Origin: Longimicrobiales bacterium
GTDB lineage: Bacteria; Gemmatimonadota; Gemmatimonadetes; Longimicrobiales; Gaopeijiaceae
Assembly: GCA_965202805.1 (NCBI GenBank)
Contig: OZ241869.1
Coordinates: 2,048,001 to 2,112,000 of the forward strand
Direction of reading: 5' to 3'
DNA: 64,000 bases
Position numbers and translations under genes: made by a program. Under the pieces are notes generated by a model. It was not told where the DNA came from, ran no database searches, and was given only the letters and a program-made list of their open reading frames with translations. Positions 57,870 to 64,000 of this stretch are shown one piece after another; within the stretch, counting starts at the first letter, position 1, and every line of letters begins with the position of its first letter.

Positions 57870-59144
57870 TCACCACCCCAACACCCCCGGCAGCCACAAC
57901 ACCACCCCCGGCACCACCGCGATCACGACCGTAAGCCCAAGCATCAGCGCCAGATACGGCCACAGCGGCCGCGCCACCTCCGCCGGCTCGACCCCTCCTA
58001 CCGAGCAGGCCACGAGCAGGCTCACCCCCACGGGCGGCAGGAACACGGAGATCCCCTGGGTCGCCACGATGACGGCGCCGTAGTGCACGGGGTCGATCCC
58101 GAGCTGCGTCGCCAGGGGCAGCAGGATCGGCGTCAGCAGGACGACCGCGGGCACGCCCTCGAGGATGGCCCCGAGCGGCAGAAAGACGAGGATGGTGAGG
58201 ATCATGAAGCCGGCCTGCCCGCCCCCCATCCCCACCACCGACGACGCCAGCGCCTGGGGCACCTGCATGACCGCGAGCACCCAGCCGAGGAGGCGTGCGG
58301 CGCCCACCACGAACAGCACCATCCCCGACACCATGGCGGTCTGGACGACCTTGGCCCACAGGTCCCGGACGGTGAGCGACCGGTACACCGGGCCGGCCAG
58401 CACGAGCGCGTAGGCGACGGCGACGGCCGCGGCCTCCGTGGGCGTGAAGAGCCCGAAGCGGATGCCGCCCAGGATGACCACGATCATGAAGAGGGGGAGC
58501 AGGGCGTCGACCGCCGCGCGCCGGACCTCCGCGAGGGATGCGCGCTCCCCTGCCGGCCATCCCTGCCGCCGCGCCTGCCACCCGATCAGGGTCATCAGGC
58601 CCACCGCGATCAGGAGCGCGGGTACGATCGACGCGACGAACAGGGCGCCGATGGAGACGTTGCCGATGACGCCGTAGACGACCATCACGATGGCCGGGGG
58701 AATGAGGATCCCCATCCCGCACGCGGCCGACACGATCGCGGTGGCTCGCGCCCGGCCGTATCCGTTCGCTCTCAGCTGCGGCACCATGATGCCCCCGATG
58801 GCGGCCGCGTCCGCGGAGGTGGAGCCCGACACCCCCGAGAAGAACATCTCCGCCATGATGACCACCTGCCCGAGCCCCCCGGGGAGATGCCCCACGAGCG
58901 CCCGCGCCAGCGCCACCAGGCGGCGGCTGATCCCCCCGACGTCCATCAGGAAGCCGGCCAGAATGAAGAGGGGGACGGCGAGCATGGGGAAGGAGTCCAT
59001 CCCCGCGACGATCTGCTGCGGGATGATGACGAGCGGGAGGTCCGCGACCACGATGGCGACCACGGCCGCGATCGCGAGCGCGAAGCCGATGGGCACGGCG
59101 GCCAGCACCAGGAGCCCGAAGACGCCAAGGAGAAAGGCGCCCAT
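57870..59144 (-). CDS. dctM: TRAP transporter large permease
   Basis: 'FPMLAVPLFILAG', 'GVSGSTSAD', 'GILIPPAI', 'FTPTEAAA', 'GIDPVHYG', 'PPVG'. Confidence 0.93.
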   Translation of the reverse strand: MGAFLLGVFGLLVLAAVPIGFALAIAAVVAIVVADLPLVIIPQQIVAGMDSFPMLAVPLFILAGFLMDVGGISRRLVALARALVGHLPGGLGQVVIMAEMFFSGVSGSTSADAAAIGGIMVPQLRANGYGRARATAIVSAACGMGILIPPAIVMVVYGVIGNVSIGALFVASIVPALLIAVGLMTLIGWQARRQGWPAGERASLAEVRRAAVDALLPLFMIVVILGGIRFGLFTPTEAAAVAVAYALVLAGPVYRSLTVRDLWAKVVQTAMVSGMVLFVVGAARLLGWVLAVMQVPQALASSVVGMGGGQAGFMILTILVFLPLGAILEGVPAVVLLTPILLPLATQLGIDPVHYGAVIVATQGISVFLPPVGVSLLVACSVGGVEPAEVARPLWPYLALMLGLTVVIAVVPGVVLWLPGVLGW

Positions 59145-59620
59145 CAGCCCGACCGCCCGCCCACCCAGCCTGCCACCATGTGCACCACCATCAGCACGCC
59201 CGACACCGGTGCCGCCGCGTAGACCAGCGCGACAGGCAGGTTCAGCGCCGGGGAGCGCTCTCCCATGGTGAGATCCATGAGCGCGATGCCCGTGCCGATG
59301 AGGATGAGCGAGAACAGGAGCACGACCGCCCCCGCGAACCTCTCCACGACCCTCTTCGCCCGCGGGGCCAGCGCCTTTGTGACCTGGTCGAACCCGAAGT
59401 GGGCCCGGTGCTCCACGGCCAGCGAAGCTCCGAGCAGCGACAGCCAGATGAAGCAGAAGCGCGACACCTCTTCGCTCCACGGATTCGGATGGGCGAAGAG
59501 ATACCGCATCAGGACCTGGAGCAGGACGACCGCGGCGACCGTGACCACGAGGACGCCCGCGGCACGGGTTTCGAGTACGACGAGGAACCGGTTGAGCGTG
59601 CGGAGTCGGCGGAGCAACAT
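59144..59620 (-). CDS. dctQ: TRAP transporter small permease
   Basis: 'QVLMRY...WSEEVSRFCFIW...H', 'SPALNLP'. Confidence 0.9.
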   Translation of the reverse strand: MLLRRLRTLNRFLVVLETRAAGVLVVTVAAVVLLQVLMRYLFAHPNPWSEEVSRFCFIWLSLLGASLAVEHRAHFGFDQVTKALAPRAKRVVERFAGAVVLLFSLILIGTGIALMDLTMGERSPALNLPVALVYAAAPVSGVLMVVHMVAGWVGGRSG

Positions 59621-59754
59621 GGGCCTCTCCTCGTTGACAGCCCTCGCGGTCCTGAATGAAGATGAACCATAACCCGGAGCAGCCCGGATTAACAGCGCCA
59701 TATGCCGGACGACGCCAAGCCGGAATCGTGATTCTCGCTGCAAGGAGGATTGCC

Positions 59755-60156
59755 ATGACCGAATCCACTCACACGGCGGAAGCGATCCGCGCGGCGATGG
59801 ATCATCTTATCGATCGCGCGACCAATTTCGACGTCGATGCCCTGAAAACCATCTATCACAAGGACTTTCATACAACGCTGGTGATGCCCGACAGCACCGT
59901 AACCACCTACAGCAAGGAGGAATTCATCGCCCATTTCCGCAAGCAGGCGGAAGAGGGCAAGACGCGGCTCAATCCGTGGGCGGACTGGCATGATTTCCAT
60001 GTTCTGGGCGACACTGCGGTTTGTGTGCTGACCCGCAGACACAGCGGCATGAGCGGCGAGGAGATGCAACTCCTGTGCAACATCGAGTGGCGTTACGAAG
60101 ACGGGCGCTGGCAAGTGCTTCGCGAGCAGATTTTCCTTCGTCCGCTGGACGCGTGA
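59755..60156 (+). CDS. NTF2/SnoaL-like (DUF4440) protein
   Basis: AGGAGG RBS; 'DVDALKTIYHKDF', 'WRYEDGRWQV'. Confidence 0.75.
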   Translation: MTESTHTAEAIRAAMDHLIDRATNFDVDALKTIYHKDFHTTLVMPDSTVTTYSKEEFIAHFRKQAEEGKTRLNPWADWHDFHVLGDTAVCVLTRRHSGMSGEEMQLLCNIEWRYEDGRWQVLREQIFLRPLDA

Positions 60157-60186
60157 AGCGCCCCCTCACCGAAAGGAGCGAAGCTC

Positions 60187-60810
60187 ATGACCACTTCAAG
60201 CCTCGACATATCCAGCGAGGCGGTACCGGCGTTTCCGGCGATCGTACCGGGGAAGCTGATCCTCAACGGCGAAAACCCGTTCATTCGCCTAAGCGATGCA
60301 CCTGGCGATCCGTTCACCACCGACGCCAGCCTCTGGACGATCACCTATTCACCCGGGGGCGCCGGTCACGCCCTGTTCATCAGGAGTGAGCTGACCGACG
60401 ACCAATGGCGCATCTACACCGACAATCCGGAGATGGTGAGGTGGCTGCAGGCAACCGTTCAGGGAATGCTGAACCCGGAAACGGCCAGTAGCCGCATTGC
60501 CCTTCTGGATGCCAGCTTTTCGCGACACGGTGACGTGCAGAGCATCTGGACCCAGACGGTGCGTTCGGATACTGACGAAATCGTGCTTTCCTGGAGCAAT
60601 CTGATCGGCCCGCTCCTGATGGCGCATGACCAGCCGGCCCAGCTCCCCGAAAGGGAATACGGCGTCAGTCTCGTCATGATTCCGGCCCTGGAGGCCGGGT
60701 TGACGTTGAACGGCCGAAGGGCATCGGGCCGGGTTTGGCCCTGCCGGTATGACGGACAGCCCTTCAGCACTTCAGCGCTGGCCTTTTCGGAAAGCTGGAG
60801 AGAACCCTGA
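60187..60810 (+). CDS. Hypothetical protein (207 aa)
   Basis: AAGGAG RBS, protein-like composition, co-oriented with the NTF2 gene; no family recognised. Confidence 0.7.
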   Translation: MTTSSLDISSEAVPAFPAIVPGKLILNGENPFIRLSDAPGDPFTTDASLWTITYSPGGAGHALFIRSELTDDQWRIYTDNPEMVRWLQATVQGMLNPETASSRIALLDASFSRHGDVQSIWTQTVRSDTDEIVLSWSNLIGPLLMAHDQPAQLPEREYGVSLVMIPALEAGLTLNGRRASGRVWPCRYDGQPFSTSALAFSESWREP

Positions 60811-60832
60811 CGGCTCCCGTAATTCACGCCTT

Positions 60833-61882
60833 CTACCCCACCCGCTCCGCCTCTCGCACCAGCCGCTCGATCAGCGCCTCCCCGTCCGGCAGCCGATTCG
60901 CCAGCTCGTCCCGGATGCGCGGGATGACGGCGGGGGCGAACGGCGCCAGCTCCGGGCGCGAGATCTCCACGCCCGCGGCCCGCATCTGCTCGATGGCCTC
61001 CGCCTCCATCCGGCGCGCCTCTTCGCTCTGGTACGCGAGCGCGTCGGCCGCGGAACGATCCATGATCTCCCGGATGTCCGCCGGCAGCGCGCGGTAGAAC
61101 GGCTCGTTCACCAACAGCGTGATCGGGTTGTAGGTGATGGAGGTGAAGCTGTAGAAGCGGGCCACCTCATGGAGCCGGCTGCTCACGAACCCGATGGCGT
61201 TCGCCTCCCCGCCGTCGATCACGCCCTGCTGCAGCGCTGAGTAGACCTCGCCGTAGTTCATCGGGGTCGCCTGCACGCCGAGCGCGGAGTAGGCCGCCAG
61301 GTAGGTCGCGTTCTGGAGGACCCGGAGCTTGAGCCCGGCGAGATCCCCGGGCGCCTGGACAGGCCGGCGCCGGTTGTAGACGTGGCGGAACCCGTAGTCG
61401 AGGAAGCCCAGCGAGCGGACGCCGGTGCGCTCGAGCAAGAGATCGCGCCACCAGTCCCCGACGGGGCCGTTCATCACCGCGAGCCCATGGTCCCGGTTCT
61501 CGAAGAGGAACGGGAGGTCGAACATCTGCCCCTCGGGCACCCAGCCCGAGAGCACGGGGGTGCCGGTGATGGCCATGTGCACCGCGCCGACCTGGATCTG
61601 CTCGAAGGCCACGCGCTCGCCCCCAAGCTGTCCCGAGGGATAGATGACGACCCGAAAGCGCCCGTTGGTGCGCTCGAGCATCAGGTCCCGGAAGCGCTCC
61701 GCCAGGAGATGGAACTCCGAGTTGGTCGAGAGCACGTGGGAGAAGCGGACTTCCCACGCAGGCGCGTCACCCCGCGTTGCGCTGTCGGCATCGCCGGGCG
61801 CGGGGCCGCGGCAGGACGTCAACAGGAGGGCTGCCACCAGCGCCGGCAGTCCGCGGATGATTCCGCGCGAGCCCCTACGCAC
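60833..61882 (-). CDS. dctP: TRAP transporter substrate-binding protein (lipoprotein)
   Basis: 'YPSGQLGGE', 'FDLPFLF', 'GFRH', 'GLKLRV', 'EVYSALQQGVIDGGE'. Confidence 0.93.
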   Translation of the reverse strand: MRRGSRGIIRGLPALVAALLLTSCRGPAPGDADSATRGDAPAWEVRFSHVLSTNSEFHLLAERFRDLMLERTNGRFRVVIYPSGQLGGERVAFEQIQVGAVHMAITGTPVLSGWVPEGQMFDLPFLFENRDHGLAVMNGPVGDWWRDLLLERTGVRSLGFLDYGFRHVYNRRRPVQAPGDLAGLKLRVLQNATYLAAYSALGVQATPMNYGEVYSALQQGVIDGGEANAIGFVSSRLHEVARFYSFTSITYNPITLLVNEPFYRALPADIREIMDRSAADALAYQSEEARRMEAEAIEQMRAAGVEISRPELAPFAPAVIPRIRDELANRLPDGEALIERLVREAERVG

Positions 61883-62639
61883 CCCAGATCGTCTGGCCGG
61901 CGTCGATGAACAGGCTGGCGCCGGTCACGAGACGCGCCTCGTCGCCGGACGCGAGGTACACCACCGCCCCCACCAGGTCGTCCGGGTTGCCGATCAGGCC
62001 GAGCGGGATGCGCGCCAGCCGGCGCTCGCGGAACTCCTCCTGCGCGATGTCGGCCCGGTTCAGGTCGGTCTCGATGAGGCCCGGGGCGATGGCGTTGACC
62101 CGGATCCCGCGGGGCGCGAGCTCGAGGGCCATCTGCTTCGTCAGCATCTCGATCCCGGCCTTCGACACGCAGTAGTGGGTGAGGTTGGGGGCGGCCACCG
62201 CCTGCCCGGCGGATGACACGTTGACGATGGCGCCCGCCGTCCCGGCCTCGACCATGCGGCGCGCCACCGCCTGCCCCACCAGGAAGTACCCCTTCAGGTT
62301 GACGTCCAGGATGGCGTCCCACTCATCCTCGGCGATCTCGAGGAAGGGCGTGCGCTTCAGGATGCCCGCATTGTTGACCAGGATGTCGATGCCGCCCAGG
62401 AAGTCGTGCGCCTCGGCGACAAAGCGCTCGACATCCGGGCGGGAGGCCGCGGACCCCTGCACGGCCACCGCGCGCCGCCCCATCTCCTCGATCTCGTGGA
62501 CCGCGCTATCGGCATCCCCGCGGCTCCGCCGATAGTTGACCGCTACGTCCGCGCCCTCACTGGCCAGCCCCAGGGCGATGGCCCGGCCGATGCTCCGCGA
62601 ACCACCGGTGACCAGGGCACGCTTGCCTTCAAGACGCAT
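61875..62639 (-). CDS. SDR family oxidoreductase
   Basis: 'TGGSRSIG', 'NNAG', 'YCVSK', 'VNAIAPG'. Confidence 0.92.
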   Translation of the reverse strand: MRLEGKRALVTGGSRSIGRAIALGLASEGADVAVNYRRSRGDADSAVHEIEEMGRRAVAVQGSAASRPDVERFVAEAHDFLGGIDILVNNAGILKRTPFLEIAEDEWDAILDVNLKGYFLVGQAVARRMVEAGTAGAIVNVSSAGQAVAAPNLTHYCVSKAGIEMLTKQMALELAPRGIRVNAIAPGLIETDLNRADIAQEEFRERRLARIPLGLIGNPDDLVGAVVYLASGDEARLVTGASLFIDAGQTIWGA

Positions 62640-62651
62640 CGCGTGTCGAAC

Positions 62652-64000
62652 TCACCCCAGATCGAAGCGATCCAGGTTCATCACCTTGTTCCACGCCGCC
62701 ACGAAGTCGCGCACGAAGGCTTCCTGCCCGTCGTCGCACGCGTAGATCTCCGCGAACGCGCGCAGCTCGGAGTTCGAACCGAAGACGAGGTCGACGCTGG
62801 TGCCGGTCCACCTCACCTCACCCGTCCCGCGATCACGCCCCTGGAACTCGTCGTCGGATGCCTCGGAGGCCCCCCACTCGACACCCATGTCGAGCAGGTT
62901 CACGAAGAAGTCGTTGGTCAGCGTGCCCGGGCGGTCGGTGAAGACACCCAGCTCGGCCCCCCCGCAGTTGGCACCCAGGACGCGCAGGCCGCCCACCAGA
63001 ACGGTGAGTTCGGGTGCGGTCAGCGTCAGCAGGTCCGCGCGGTCCACCAGCTGCTCCGCCGCCGGCCTCCCGTTGCCGCCCCCGCTGAAGTTGCGGAACC
63101 CGTCCGTCTTCGGCTCGAGCACGGCGAACGACTCCGCGTCGGTCTGTTCCGCCGTCGCATCCGTGCGCCCGGGCGAGAACGGCACCTCGACATCGTGCCC
63201 GGCATCTCTCGCCGCCTGCTCCACGGCCGCGCACCCGCCCAGCACGATCAGGTCGGCGAGCGAGACGCGCTTGCCCCCGGACTGCGAGCCGTTGAAGTCC
63301 GCCTGGACCGCTTCCAGGACCCCGAGCGCGGCCGCCAGTTCGGCCGGCTCGTTGACCTCCCATCCGTTCTGTGGCGCCAGGCGAATGCGCGCGCCGTTCG
63401 CCCCGCCGCGCTTGTCGGTGCCGCGGAAGGTCGAAGCCGATCCCCAGGCGGTCGAGACCAGCCGGGAGACGGACAAGCCCGATGTCAGGACCCTGCCCTT
63501 GAGCTCTGCGATGTCCCGCGCGTCGATCAGCTCGTGGTCGACATCGGGCACGGGATCCTGCCACAGCTGCGGCTCGGCCGGGACCTCGGCCCCGAGATAC
63601 CGCGCCACCGGCCCCATGTCGCGATGCGTCAGCTTGTACCAGGCACGCGCGAACGCGTCGGCCAGCTCCTCCGGGTTCTCCATGAAGCGCTTCGCGATGG
63701 CCGCATAGGCGGGATCCATCCTCAGGGAGAGATCCGTCGTCAGCATCATGGGGGCGTGCGTCTTCGACGGGTCGTGCGCGTCCGGCACCGTGCCCACGCC
63801 GGCGCCATCCTTCGGGGTCCACTGCGCCGCGCCGGCAGGGCTCCTTACCTGCTCCCAGTCGTAGCCGTGCAGGTTCTCCAGAAAGTTGTTGTCCCACTTC
63901 ACCGGGTTGGTCGTCCACGCGCCCTCGATCCCGCTGGTGACGGAATCGGCGCCCTTGCCGGTGCCGTAGCCGGTCTTCCAGCCGAGCCCCTGCTCCTCCA
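62652..64000 (-). CDS. katG: Catalase-peroxidase (5' part beyond window)
   Basis: 'EEQGLGWK...TSGIEGAWT', '[11 protein letters not shown]', '[19 protein letters not shown]', '[12 protein letters not shown]', 'KVMNLDRFD'. Confidence 0.97.
   Translation of the reverse strand, partial: EEQGLGWKTGYGTGKGADSVTSGIEGAWTTNPVKWDNNFLENLHGYDWEQVRSPAGAAQWTPKDGAGVGTVPDAHDPSKTHAPMMLTTDLSLRMDPAYAAIAKRFMENPEELADAFARAWYKLTHRDMGPVARYLGAEVPAEPQLWQDPVPDVDHELIDARDIAELKGRVLTSGLSVSRLVSTAWGSASTFRGTDKRGGANGARIRLAPQNGWEVNEPAELAAALGVLEAVQADFNGSQSGGKRVSLADLIVLGGCAAVEQAARDAGHDVEVPFSPGRTDATAEQTDAESFAVLEPKTDGFRNFSGGGNGRPAAEQLVDRADLLTLTAPELTVLVGGLRVLGANCGGAELGVFTDRPGTLTNDFFVNLLDMGVEWGASEASDDEFQGRDRGTGEVRWTGTSVDLVFGSNSELRAFAEIYACDDGQEAFVRDFVAAWNKVMNLDRFDLG

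Overview
High-GC bacterial window of about 51 genes, mostly transport and catabolism, with no rRNA, tRNA, CRISPR array or intact transposase recognised. Its content (6-bladed beta-propeller lipoproteins, PQQ dehydrogenase, serpin, FG-GAP protein, many SSS/TRAP transporters) resembles Gemmatimonadota/Longimicrobiales, possibly a marine-invertebrate symbiont; this taxonomy is an inference. The main finding is the divergent respiratory locus at 33.6-39.5 kb. Its heme-copper 'cytochrome c oxidase' subunit I has GHSSQQ in helix VI, with Gln replacing the cross-linked Tyr, the signature of eNOR-type nitric oxide reductases. It is encoded with a CuA subunit II, a small subunit and a membrane SCO, head-to-head with a cytochrome b-2x[4Fe-4S]-MvhD/FlpD fusion and a small Cys/His membrane protein, together a candidate quinol-to-NO electron module. 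Other notable items: a TAT-less reductive dehalogenase without RdhB; an HD-oxygenase/BBOX-like dioxygenase/MetF cluster; an NCS2 permease fused to a degenerate RsbW-like domain; a GalT-less galactose cluster; a doubly deleted Fic pseudogene; a two-gene insert splitting a TRAP operon; a 44-bp palindrome flanking a TonB-receptor cassette; and structured repeats upstream of two AAA_14/DUF4143 ATPases. All calls are by eye from motifs; no searches were run.
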